From Octopus vulgaris (Eukaryota), in contig OX597835.1 in assembly GCA_951406725.2 (NCBI GenBank), positions 42,594,001-42,658,000 on the forward strand: a stretch of 64,000 bases of DNA, read 5' to 3'. The stretch's first letter is position 1. The number at the start of each line of letters is the position of its first letter. The notes below the pieces were generated by a model. It did not search any database, was not told the DNA's origin, and saw only the letters and a program-made list of their open reading frames with translations. Position numbers and translations under genes: made by a program. Below are positions 39,596 through 52,560 of the stretch, piece by piece.

Positions 39596-41210
39596 ATTTA
39601 TGTATGTATACTTATGTAGGTGTGTCTTTGTGTTTGTCTCCATTGCCACTTGACAATTGGTGTTGGTTTGTTTATGTTCCCTGTAACATAGCAGTTCAGC
39701 AAAAGAAATCAATAGAATAAATACAAGTTCTAGGTTCAATACGTTTCACCAGAACCCTTCAAGGGAGTTCTCCCTGATATGGCTGCAGTCCAGTGAGTGA
39801 AACAAGTAAAAGAGAAGTCATTTTTTTTTAAGACATTAGCGTATGATTTGTGGGAGACTTAGCTGCTATTTCTATGAAAGCACATGGCTTAGTGGTTAGA
39901 ATATTTGTCTCACAATCGTTAGGTCATGAGTTTGATTCCAGGTGGCGCACTGAGTGCTTAAGCAAGAATTTATTTCACATTGCTTCAGTTCACTCAGCTG
40001 GCAAAAATGAGTAAAACCTGTAATTCAGAAAGCCCCCCCCCCAGTCACTTTCTGTGTCATGCTGAATCTCCTTGAGAACTACGTTAAAGGTATGTGTATC
40101 TGTGGAGTACTCAGCCACTGGGATGTAAATCTCATGAGCAGGCTGTTCTGTTGACCAGATAAACTGAAACACTTATCATTGCATCCAATGAAATGCCAGT
40201 TAAGTTAACACATAAAACACGATGGGCCACGATTGTGGCCATCAGGCACAGGTCAACAGGTCACAATTGTGGCCCAGATAGATGCATTATGGGTGTTTGT
40301 TGGGGTCTAATGTCACTCAAACGCTCTGATACCCCACAGAATGCAAGAGGACTAATAGTTCAACTTATGACTTTTCAGATGATGTAAAAGTTGCCACCGT
40401 TAGATACTAAGAAGATATTTTAATTATTTTTTGTTTTTTATGTGGTGCATGGTTGTCTTATTTTCATAAAATGTGCTCAGCAGTCCATGCTATGTGAGTG
40501 CAAATCCCAGTGCGTTATGGGTTAGGTTAAGCTGTTATTTCCATCAAGTTGAGCAACCATATAAACACTCCCTCATTTCAGAATCTAATTAGACTTCCCT
40601 GGCCCAGTGGTTAGGGCAGCGGATTCACGGTCGTAGGATCGTGGTTTCGATTCCCAGACCGGGCGTTGTGAGTGTTTATTGAGCGAAAACACCTAAAGCT
40701 CCACGAGGCTCCGGCAGGGGATGGTGGTGATCCTTACTGTACTCTTTCACCACAACTTTCTCTCACTCTTACTTCCTGTTTCTGTTGTACCTGTATTTCA
40801 AAGGGCCGGCCTTGTCACTCTCTGTGTCACGCTGAATATCACCGAGAACTACGTTAAGGGTACACGTGTCTGTGGAGTGCTCAGCCACTTACACGTTAAT
40901 TTCACAAGCAGGCTGTTCCGTTGATCGGATCAACCGGAACCCTCGTCGTCGTAACCGACGGAGTGCTTCCACATCCAGACTTCCCTGTTCAATTCACTCT
41001 CCTTGTTTCTGGAAGCTTCTCAAAACAACCAGAAGTTCATACTTGACATGTCTATTTTACTTCATCTCACACAATTGATGGGGTTTTTCACTTTAAAAAA
41101 AAATGGATGAAAGACCATCCGTTGGTGCCACTCCCTCTTTGTATTGACACAGAGTCAGTGACTGATCCCCTAATTTGCATTTTTCACCTGAGTATCTTTT
41201 CCTTTACCAG

Positions 41211-41344
41211 ATCCCTACGTCAAAATAACTTTATATCTGGGAAATAAACGACTGAAAAAGAAGAAGACAACCATTAAGAAACATACTTTGAATCCTTACT
41301 TCAATGAATCTTTCACATTTGAAGTTTCTTTTGAACAAATACAG
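41211..41344 (+). CDS. Syt1: Synaptotagmin-1 C2B polylysine exon, copy A (mutually exclusive alternative; not in the ORF track)
   Basis: Branch-like ccctaat plus cttttcctttaccag acceptor, CAG|gtattt donor; 134 nt, phase 1 to 0, no stops. [45 protein letters not shown]. Confidence 0.92.
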
Positions 41345-41599
41345 GTATTTTCGTTGGGAGATCTTCAGCTGCGTCTTTTCAAGATGTCTCGCTGACTTTG
41401 GGGCTCTTACCTTGTTTCCAATGGCTTGCCATATTTGCTACATCCTTCAGCTACAAGCTCAGACTTTGTTCACATTCTTCACGATTATTCTAATCCATTT
41501 TCTTCAGCATTATTTCTTCATCGACAAATGTAGAAATCTGAACATAAAGAATTCCTTCTTTGAAACAGACTCGTTAACGTGTCAAGTGATGAAAAATGT

Positions 41600-41950
41600 T
41601 ACAATGACAATGATGATGATAATGACGATGATGATTATGATAATGACGATGATGACAATGACAATGATGATGATGATGACGATGATGATGACGATGACAA
41701 TGATGATGATGATGATGATGACGATGACAATGATGATAATGATGATGATGATGACGATGATGATGACGATGACAATGATGATGACGATGACAATGACGAT
41801 GACAATGATGATGATGATGATGATGACAATGACGATGATGATGATGATGACGATGACAATGATGATAATGATGATGATGATGATGATAATGATGATGATG
41901 ACAATGACGATGATGACAATGATGTTGGTGTGGCAACGATGACAATGACA
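41600..41950. repeat. (GAT/GAC/AAT)n trinucleotide tract between the two C2B exons (similar tract at 61020-61342)
   Basis: About 350 bp of gatgatgacaat units; yields spurious poly-D/M/H/S ORFs. Confidence 0.97.
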
Positions 41951-42276
41951 GCAATAACAAGAACATTCATTTTGTAAACACTCCAAATAATGGTAATGGA
42001 CAGAGAGGAATTTTGTGTTCAGATTTCTGTGTTTATATGATATACATACATACATATATATATACATATATATATGTGTGTGTTTGGGCTAATATTAATA
42101 CAAGTATGGACTTAACGGAGGTGGCCATGGAAAGAGAGGTGAAGACGTAAGTGGTTAAAATGTATAAAAAAAACAAAGTAACATCCACAAAATGTATAAA
42201 AAAATCAAAGTAACGTCCACAAAGGCTAATACCCCCCACCACTGCCCAACACACACACATGGATGTTTCTCCGGCA

Positions 42277-42506
42277 TTAATCCTTTAGCATTTAAACCAG
42301 CCATATCCAACCCCAAAATTTCTACCTGTTTTATGTTCAAACTGGCCAGATCCAGCCTCTCACACCTATCCTACAATGTAATTCTAAAAATAAACAATCA
42401 TGTCATTGGAATTTCAAATCTACAAGAAAAAGCATAACTAATTCAAAAGAATGGGAATAAAAGAAGATTAACATTTGACAAAGAAATCTGAATACTAAAG
42501 GATTAA
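42277..42506. mobile_element. TTAA-flanked MITE (second family; another copy at 57731-57961)
   Basis: ttaatcctttag... / ...ctaaaggattaa ends; shared internal sequence with 57731-57961. Confidence 0.75.
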
Positions 42507-42845
42507 TCATTGGTTCCAAGTTATTTCTTCAAATATAAGCAAATTGCAAAGAACCAAGCCACCTCTGGTCTCTGTTCACATATTTGTATTAGTATAAAAT
42601 TTTCTTCCAGGTTTTGGGAATTCTTCAACTAATGGCTTTTTGTTTATCTTAATCTGCTCTTTTTATTTTTCATTCCTACCAAACTTCCTCCTGATCTTAC
42701 GACCCAGCAACAAGGCCACCACTTCGTGCATGCGGTGTCTTTGTTGGTTTGTTTTTGTTTTTTTTTTAAAAATCTCCGTTTTCACCTTCTGTCTTCATGT
42801 CTCCTTCAAGCCGCTCTTCTTTGTGCTTCTATTTTTTCAATCTAG

Positions 42846-42979
42846 ATCCTTATGTTAAGATATCTCTGATGCTAAACGGTAAAAGAATTAAGAAGAAGAA
42901 AACCACTATCAAGAAATGTACACTGAATCCATACTACAATGAATCATTTGCGTTTGAAGTCCCCTTTGAACAAATACAG
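42846..42979 (+). CDS. Syt1: Synaptotagmin-1 C2B polylysine exon, copy B (canonical-like)
   Basis: ttttttcaatctag acceptor, CAG|gtataa donor; 134 nt, phase 1 to 0. [45 protein letters not shown]. Confidence 0.95.
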
Positions 42980-45321
42980 GTATAAACCCTTGTCTCCCCC
43001 CCACCCCCGTCCCAATCACCACCAATGTCTACATTACATCTCCTTCCTCCCTCCCAGCCCCCCAACTGTTTACCTTGATTGTCATGTGATTGTAGTAGAA
43101 GTAGTAGTAGTAGTAGTAGTAGCAGCAATGTCACATCTGAAAATGTTGCAAAACTCTTGGAATGTTGATGTGTTCTTTGATTACTTTTTGTGTTACTTTT
43201 CTGCCTTCTTAGAGTTTTTTAAATGCATTCCAAACCATCAATATGGAAATGGTGCACACTTCAAGATGCATGGAAAAACATTATATGCAGCAGATTTCTT
43301 TCTTTTTTGTATTATTTTGTACCATTCTGTTTTTATAGTTTACAAAGACAAATTTAGAATATTGAAACATTTCTGAAAATTCTTTCAGGAATTAATTATA
43401 TTCTAAATTCATAAGTTTGTTTTAAAAGTCCGTTCTACATTTTGAGTCATGTTTTTGTAGTGTTGTGTGCTTAAAATGTTGTCCTAATATTTCTGTCCCC
43501 ATGTGTATAACTTAGTCCTAACAATTCTGTTCCTTCTGTGTGGAGTATACCAAACTGTCCTGTGTGTTTCACCAAAACCTTTCCCACTGTCTTACCTTTA
43601 AGGGTGAAGCTGTTTTTATCTTATTTTCATGTCTCACCAGAGTACCCTGTCCTTTTTAGAGTTCATATATGGTTCTATACAGCACATATATGTTAGGGGT
43701 TTGCCTCATGATCATGAGTTTTATTCCAGGTCTGGGCAGAGCATGGTGTTCTTGAGCAAGGTACTTCTTTTCATGCTGCTTCATGCAATGGCGAGAAGTA
43801 TATTGAGTTCTTCATAACCAGCTGATCTAGCAAGCAGGGCCTCATATCAGTGAGGGGGGCCGGTGCGCATTGATGCCGTCAAGAGGTAGGCCCCGAAACG
43901 GCGCACATTCTCTCCTGATGACCCCATGCACTTGCTAGCTTCCGTTATACGGAGCTTTTAACTGGTAGCACTTGCATGTGCAAGTTGTTTGCAAGACATC
44001 AGCTGAAATTGAGTACCAGCAGAGTACACATACAGCTCCGTCTCTCTCTCTCTCTTTCTTCCTCCCTGTAGCTGTCACATCTTTGATATTCCTCCGAGTC
44101 AACGGTGAATGGGCCAAGGAGGTACCTATATCTGCACACAACTACACAGGCACCTAAAACAACTAGTGAAAGCATGGTACACACTACCAGTATATATTTG
44201 CTTTCCAAGTGTCAGCTACACATATTTTTATATTGTCCTATAACTAAACTCCTATATCATTCCGTACATTTGGATCCCAACATGGTCTCATTTTTAGAAC
44301 CATGTATAGTCCTGTGTTTGTTCCCATAAATTTTCCTATGCCTAAGTCCATGTTGCAGTAATACATCACTTTACAAGGACCTGTTTTATGAGACCCTGGG
44401 TTTATGAGCTTTTACATGTTTTATTTTCTGTTAACCCTCTTGTTACTGTATTTATTTTGAGATGCTCTGTGTTTCCTTCAATTAATTCAAATATAACAAA
44501 GAATTTAGTAAAATAACTTGGTTATCATTCAGCTAGTGTTAGGAACATAAATTGTGACGAAGGTTTGGGTGGAAAATTTTAATTCAAAACTTATGCAAAC
44601 AAGACATTTGTACTCAGAGCCAGAGCCGGTTTTAGCCGGGTTGGTTACAAAAGGGTTAATGAGCTTTCCAGGTCGAAGCGTTCTAACCCAAAAACATGGA
44701 ATTAACGTGTGTTAATTTGTGATGTGTGTGTATAATTTAGAAAAAAACCTATATTAAACAATTCAATAAAGAAAGATGTTATTCACACCATATAGAATTG
44801 TTTCTAGAGGTTTTTCTCTAAATTATATAAATGTATTATATATTGTGAAATTTGATTGAGAATTGCTAAATTGAATTTTTTTCCCTGTAAGTTTGGAATT
44901 ATATTCCCTACTATTATTAATACTATTATATATATATGTGTGTGTGTAAATGAGACTGTGTGTGTGTATTCAATAAGATTTCAATGATATATATATATAT
45001 ATATATATAGCCTTTCACCTTACCGGTGACATGTAAAAACCGTCCGAACGTGGAAGATGCCACGCGCCACTGGCTGGCGTCCATGTCGACATGTAAAACA
45101 CCAACCGATCGTGGTCGTTTGACAGCCGGCTCTGGCCCCTGTGCCGGTGGCACGTAAAAAACCCACTACACTCAGAGAGTGGTTGGTGTTAGGAAGAGCA
45201 TCCAGCTGTAGAAACACTGCCAAATCAGACTGGAGCCTGGTACAGCCTCCATGACTTACCAGACCCAGGTCGAACCGTCTAACCCATGCTAGCATGGAAA
45301 ACGGATGTTAAATGATGATGA

Positions 45322-45358
<37 letters not shown>

Positions 45359-45865
45359 CCTATATTCAGTCTGATATGCTGTCCTGTCTTTAACACTCTC
45401 CATTGTCCTCTATTTGACTAAATATGTTGTCCTATTTCTGAGTCTACATTTTGTCCTATTTCTTTATCCCTATATTTATTGCCCTGTGTTTGGCTGAATA
45501 TATTATCCTATTTTTGACTTCCTATATATATAGAACTGATTCCAGAAGATTTTACTCCAGATGGTGTCTGCATGCATATATATATAAAATATTATATGAG
45601 TAAGATGGAGTGTGAACGTAGAAAATCAATTTACCCACGTAATGGTAGTCAATTTCATGTCTGCTATGCATGTTTCCATTCCTACAACGACCACTGCAAC
45701 TTCATAAGAGTTAAGCACTGATGTCAAAGACGAACCACCAATAGACACCAATGCTAACACAAATTAACAAATTCCAGGAAAATTAATCAATATTGACCTA
45801 AATTAATTTATTCTTGGATGAAATGAATCCCTGTTGAAAGAGAAACTTATTTCCATTTGAAACCT

Positions 45866-45919
<54 letters not shown>

Positions 45920-45943
45920 TATATATACATATACATATATATA

Positions 45944-45977
<34 letters not shown>

Positions 45978-46123
45978 TACATGTATATATATACATGTAT
46001 ATATACATATATATATATACATGTATATATACATATATATATACATATATACATGTATATATATATATATATACATGTATATATATATATATATATACAT
46101 GTATATATATATATATATACATG

Positions 46124-46155
<32 letters not shown>

Positions 46156-46165
46156 ATTATAATTT

Positions 46166-46198
<33 letters not shown>

Positions 46199-46404
46199 AA
46201 CATGCATATATATATATATACATACATGCATATATATATATACATACATGCATATATATATATACATACATACATGCATATATATATATACATACATACA
46301 TGCATATATATATATATACATACATACATGCATATATATATATACATACATACATGCATATATATATATATACATACATACATGTATATATATATATACA
46401 TACA

Positions 46405-46503
<99 letters not shown>

Positions 46504-46645
46504 GCATACATATATATACATACATACATATATATACATACATACATACATATATATACATACATACATATATATACATACATACATACATACATATATA
46601 TACATACATATAGATATATATACATACATACATATATAAACATAT

Positions 46646-46676
<31 letters not shown>

Positions 46677-47015
46677 CATACATACATATACATACATACA
46701 TATATATATATACATACATATATAAACATATATACATACATATAGATATATATACATACATACATATATAAACATATATACATACATATATGGACATACG
46801 TATACATACATATATAGACATACATATACATACATATATAGACATACATATACATACATATACATACATATATATATATATACATACATATATATATATA
46901 TACATATATATACATATATACATAAAAACATATACATACATATATACATACATTTATATATATATACATATATACATACGTATATATACATACATATATA
47001 TATACATATATATAT
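45866..47015. repeat. Large TA/TACA compound microsatellite (also 48225-48945, 49012-49430, 54983-55063)
   Basis: Seen directly. Confidence 0.98.
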
Positions 47016-47344
47016 CACGTGATCATGTGACCGACAGGCCATCAGATGTTGTTACACATCGCTGGTCACAATGCGTTCGCATTGTTTTAGCCTTTGAACA
47101 ACGCCACCCCGCTGGCTAAGCAAGCAGGCCAACAGAATAAAGAGTGGTGAAAGAGTACAGCAGGGATCACCACCCCCTGCCGGAGCCTCGTGGAGCTTTT
47201 AAGGTGTTTTCACTCAATAAACACTCACAACGCCTGGTCTGGGAATTGAAACCGCGATCCTACGACCACAAGTCTGCTGCCCTAACCACTGGGCCATTGT
47301 GCCTCCACACATATACATACATATATACACACACATATATATAT

Positions 47345-48071
47345 ATAATAATGTTCGTCCTTCGGGTTCGAAGATGACCACTGACATCATCTGGTGGAAC
47401 TGCCGCTATGAGACCGGAGGTGGCTGGTGAGGCCAATCCGGGCAAGGAAGCCCCTCCCACAGGTGGAGCAGAAGTGGGTAGGGGCCGTGCTACTGGTGCA
47501 GGCGGCTCTGGCTTTCCGCATCTGGCGTTTCTGCTCTGCTGACCGAATCCGTCCCTCCTCGGCTGTCCCTGCTCCTGTGGTGATTGCGCTGCGCCAGGAT
47601 GAGCGGTCGGCAGCAAGTGTCTCCCAGGTCTCTGTGCCGATGGAGAAGTCTTTGAGAGAGACCTTTGAGACTGTCCTTGAAGCGCTTCTTCTGCCCTCCG
47701 ACTTTGCGTTTGCCCTGGCTGAGTTCACCGTAGAAGAGCTGTTTTGGGATGCGAGTGTCGGACATGCGGGAGACGTGGCCCGCCCATCTCAGCTGGGCCT
47801 TGCGCATGATTGTGATGGTGCTAGGGAGATCTGCCTGCTTCAGAACTTCCGTGTATGGGACTTTGTCCTGCCAGCGGATGTGAAGGAGGTTCCGAAGACA
47901 CCTGGGGTGGAAGTGGTTTATCTGGCGCTCGTGCCTTCGGTAAGCAGTCCACGTCTCGCAGCCGTATAGTAGGGTGGTGAGCTTAGTAGGGTGCCCGGTA
48001 GACTTTCAGCTTGGTGTTGAGGCTGATTCCTCTCCGCTCCCAGACTTTCTTTCGCAGTCTCCCAAACGCGA
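47345..48071 (-). mobile_element. RTE-clade LINE 3' fragment with C-terminal C2H2-like finger
   Basis: AFGRLRKKVW...LRWAGHVSRMSDTRIPKQLFYGEL..GKRKVGGQKKRFKDSLK / WETLAADRSSWR...CSTCGRGFLARIGLTSHLRSH, with frameshifts. Confidence 0.92.
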
Positions 48072-49101
48072 AGGCAAGACAACGAGTAAGGGGAGATAAA
48101 TGTGTGGGAAATAGCAGGAGTTAGGGAAAGAGAGGGTCAAGAAATGTGAGTGAGGGGGAGCAAGAAAAAAGGTAGAAAATTGAGAGGGGGATTAAAAGAC
48201 AAAGTAAGAGTTGTACAAAATTTAGATACATATATATATATATATATGCATACATATATGCATACATATATACATATATATGCATACATACAAATATATA
48301 TATATATACATACAAATATATATATATATGCATACATATATGCATACATATATACATATATATGCATACAAATATATATATATACATACAAATATATATA
48401 TATATACATACAAATACATATATATATATACATATATACACACACATATATATACATACATATATACATATACATATATAATATATATACATACATAATA
48501 TATATACATACATATATACATACATAATATATATATATACATACATATTATATATATATACATACATACATATATGTACATACATACATACATATATGTA
48601 CATATATACATACATATATGTACATATATACATATATGTACATATATACATACATATATGTACATATATACATACATATATGTACATATATACATACATA
48701 TATGTACATATATACATACATATATGTACATATATACATATATGTACATATATACATACATATATGTACATATATACATATATGTACATATATACATACA
48801 TATATGTACATATATACATACATATATGTACATATATACATACATATATGTACATATATACATACATATATGTACATATATACATACATATATGTACATA
48901 TATACATACATATATGTACATATATACATACATAAATATATATTAAATGGCGGTGCCCCAGCATGGCCAGAGCTCATAAGCTGAAACTGGAAAAATCAAA
49001 ATCAAAAAAATCATGCATACATACATATATGCATACATACATACATACATACATATATACATACATACATATATACATACATACATATATACATACATAC
49101 A

Positions 49102-49135
<34 letters not shown>

Positions 49136-49359
49136 CATACATATATACATATATACATACATACATACAGTGGTCATCTTCGAACCCGAAGGACGAACAT
49201 TATTATATATATATATGTGTGTGTATATATGTATGTATATGTGTGGAGGCACAATGGCCCAGTGGTTAGGGCAGCAGACTTGTGGTCGTAGGATCGCGGT
49301 TTCATACATATATACATACATACATATATACATACATACATATATACATACATATATAT

Positions 49360-49408
<49 letters not shown>

Positions 49409-49429
49409 TACACATATACATACATATAT

Positions 49430-51045
49430 AAAGACACAACTGAGAGATCTGCAACCAAGGGATACAATGGCACTTGTCCAGCCCCCAAAACACCTGAAAT
49501 ACCAAAGAGGTGTCATGTCCGAAAAAGGAAAGCACCTTAAAAGCGACAGAAAGCAAGAGGTAAAAGAAAAGAAAAAGAAAACAAACAAAAACTGTTTGGA
49601 AAAAAACAGAAGGGCCCCAGCAAAAGCTACAGGAGTTTCAAGGGCAAAGGCAGGAGCATCTGCAAATTTTTTTCTGCAAGGTAACTGTTGGCATGGCGAC
49701 GATGGTGCAAACTGTTGTTTTGCACATCAGAAGCCCTGCCAAAACCGCATGGGCCCAAGACAACAATCCCTCCCACGAGGGGGAGAAAAAGAAAAAGAAA
49801 AAGAAAAATATCAAAGAAGGAAAAATGGTGCACTGACTACTCCCAAAAGACGATATGCAGATGTAGTGCGCGGTCCAAAAAGGATACTGCATGGCCCAAC
49901 AAATGGCCAGCTTCACCCAGATGTGAGAAGGGCAGCACCTGAACAGCAATCTTTTTTGTGCATGGCACAAATTGTCCAGCAGCTGACCTGGCTACAAACA
50001 CAAAGCTGGAACTACCACCACACAAGGCCACCACCAACAGATGCAGGATGGCCACCACAAACACCAACACACACGTCACAAAAATATTTCTACTGAACGT
50101 AGGAGGGCTGCTGCACGGCAACTGCAAAAGGAAAATCTCGTTCCTGAGAGACCTTGCGGCATGCAATCAAGCTATATGCATGGCACTCATAGAAACACAT
50201 CTTGGACCTGATATAGGGGATGCAGAAATAAACATACCGCAATATGTTGTCATACGCTCAGATAGTAAAGAGAGGAGTCATGGTGGAGTTGCAGTGTACA
50301 TCCAAGATGACCTCATGCCCCAGGTCCTGTTGTCATATTCAAACTCGGTGTGTGACACCCAAATTGTACACATAAGACAACTGAATACTTATTTCTTTAT
50401 TACCCACAAGGGGCTAAACACAGAGAGGACAAACAAACGGATTAAGTCGATTATATCGACCCCAGTGCGTAACTGATACTTAATTTATCGACCCCGAAAG
50501 GATGAAAGGCAAAGTCGACCTTGGCAGAATTTGAACTCAGAACATAATGGCAGACGAAATACGGCTACGCATTTCGGCCGGCGTGCTAACGATTCTGCCA
50601 GCTCGCCGCCTAAAGACAACTGAATATCGTCATAAGTACTACATATCGCCCACCGGATGCCCCAAATCACACAGGCATGTTTGAAGACTGCCTAACAAAA
50701 ATAGGAGAAGTTCTCGCCAAACTGGAACAACAGAATAGTGTATTCTTCATGGGTGACTTTAACTTCCTCAATGTGGAATGTGGAATGCTCCCAGGGATGA
50801 CACACCATCAGCAAGCACAAGCAGAATCCCTGCTCCACCCCACAAACGTCTCTTTCAGGGAGCAAATTGTGCTGCAACCAACAAAGGCAAATAATATACT
50901 GGATCTCTGCTTCACAAACAATATGGACATTATCCATAATGTTAAAGTGATGCCGACATTGGTCTTGGATCACAACATAATAGAGCTGTCTATGTATGGA
51001 CCAAAAGCCCCCGCAGACGCACAACCTATACGAAGCATCCACAAA
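49430..51045 (+). mobile_element. LINE fragment: ORF1 end with Cys/His finger plus ORF2 APE endonuclease, interrupted by a SINE
   Basis: LLNVGGL...MALIETHL...RSDSKERSHGGVAVYI...[SINE]...TYRPPD...FMGDFN...QPTKANNILDLCFTN...LDHNII are APE motifs. Confidence 0.88.
50388..50612 (-). mobile_element. SINE family A inserted in the LINE endonuclease
   Basis: 14-bp TSD aagacaactgaata at 50374-50387 and 50613-50626; removing it restores the frame HIRQLNIVISTTYRPPD. Confidence 0.93.
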
Positions 51046-51999
51046 ACATATATATATATACACACACATATATATATACACATATAGCAAAGAAGTTGTG
51101 TGTTGGTGAGACAATAGCACATACTGCTGTGGAGCCATTTTTGTCTTCCCCAATAACCATTTCTGCCATTGTTCGCCTGCCATCATCAAACTTAAGAAAA
51201 CAGGTCTTCATGTCGTTCTACACATCCATAATAGTGGGAAGGATTTCTGTATCGTGGCTGACATTAAGCTTGCCACAAATTTTCATTGGCAATATTTTCC
51301 ATCAGCTGAGCTGCACAATAGGCTGGTACCTTAACTCCAGCATGACCATCGAATATATATTCCTTTATTAGCCACAAGGGGCTAACACAGAGGGGACAAA
51401 CAAGGACAGGCAAACGGATTAAGTCGATTACATCGACCCCAGTGCGTAACTGGTACTTAATTTATCGACCCCGAAAGGATGAAAGGCAAAGTTGACCTCA
51501 GGACTGGTCAGTAAGGCCATGCGGTAGGCCGAGAGCTGCCGTGTGGGAATCCTCCATTTACACACGCCACCCCTGCGTACTGCTGAGGCCAAAACGAAGG
51601 CCATTCCTCATTCCCAATTCATTATGTTTTTCTGTCTTGTGTGCGTCAAGAAAGTTCCCAAGACAACTTATTCCACAAGATTCTGCACTTGATGGTGTCT
51701 GCATACACCAGAATGCTGCTTGCTTCTCCTCTTAATTAAAAGAGACGAATCAGATTTTTAACGTTTCCACTTTATTTATTGTATATTTAGAAACTGAAGC
51801 AAGCTTTTGTTTACTTTAAAAAATAAAATAAAACGAATCTGTTATCACTGCTTTTAAAAAAAAAGGGGGAGAAACAAAGATTAATTGAAAACACAGAAAA
51901 AAACTTATTCCGTATCAAGTATAATTAAGGCTTCTTCCTCTAGTTTGTTTATCAATCCGGTCCAACATATGAATATCAATTTGATAGGAGTGCTTATGG

Positions 52000-52560
52000 G
52001 TGTTGAGTGTGCAAAAGCGTAAATACTGCGACAGAAAGGGCGGGAAGGCAAAAAAACGGAGGTGGCAGATATTGGAGTCTGTATGAATGCGTCGTTATCT
52101 TGCAGGGTTATCATGAAAAACACAAAACAAGGAACTAGTTAGATTAAAATAGAAACACTCTACTTACCATTTATCAAAAGTTGTAAGTTATCGAATATAA
52201 ACAACACACATTGGGGCTTTATTATTTCTTTTTTCCTTTCGACCTTTCGATCTGTAATTTTTTTAAGCACAACTATTTCGTTGTCGTTTTTGAATCGCAA
52301 ATTGAAGCGGGAAAATGATGGGTTGTCGGAGGGATTCGCTTGCATTTAAAGATCTAGAGCTGCACGTTTGTTACTTATTTTTATATTCACAGCGAAGAAA
52401 GAATATCTCTTCTGAGATAATATCGTTTCAGTAATTTTTGTTGACGTCAAATAGTCTTAAAAGGGCGGTGCAACAGTGATAGTCGAAGATAAACTTTCGG
52501 AGGTGACGGTTGTGGTATCTTCCATAACCGTTTCAATATGGCGGTACCGTGTCAGGCTTA
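52000..52560. promoter_or_regulatory. CpG-enriched promoter-like patch
   Basis: CRE palindrome ttgacgtcaa (52441-52450), GC boxes (52038, 52463), YY1-like aatatggcgg (52535-52544) and a minus-strand ATG|GTAAGT at 52170-52162. Confidence 0.35.

Noticed and set aside
41340-41372. Minus-strand ctgaaga...gaaa beside the copy A donor
   Set aside because: No stem II or stem III can form; coincidental.
41304-42067. Poly-Asp/Met/His/Ser ORFs
   Set aside because: They come from a (GAT)n tract. The real exon nearby is 41211-41344 in another frame.
43880-43925. ctgatga plus gaaac suggesting a hammerhead
   Set aside because: The order would need type II, but stem II (ggcccc versus cccc) cannot pair and stem I is mismatched. 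Kept only as a structured island.
45798-49588. Long YI/MYV-repeat ORFs (also 9765-12602 and 54834-55145)
   Set aside because: Translations of TA/TACA microsatellites that lack stop codons; not genes.
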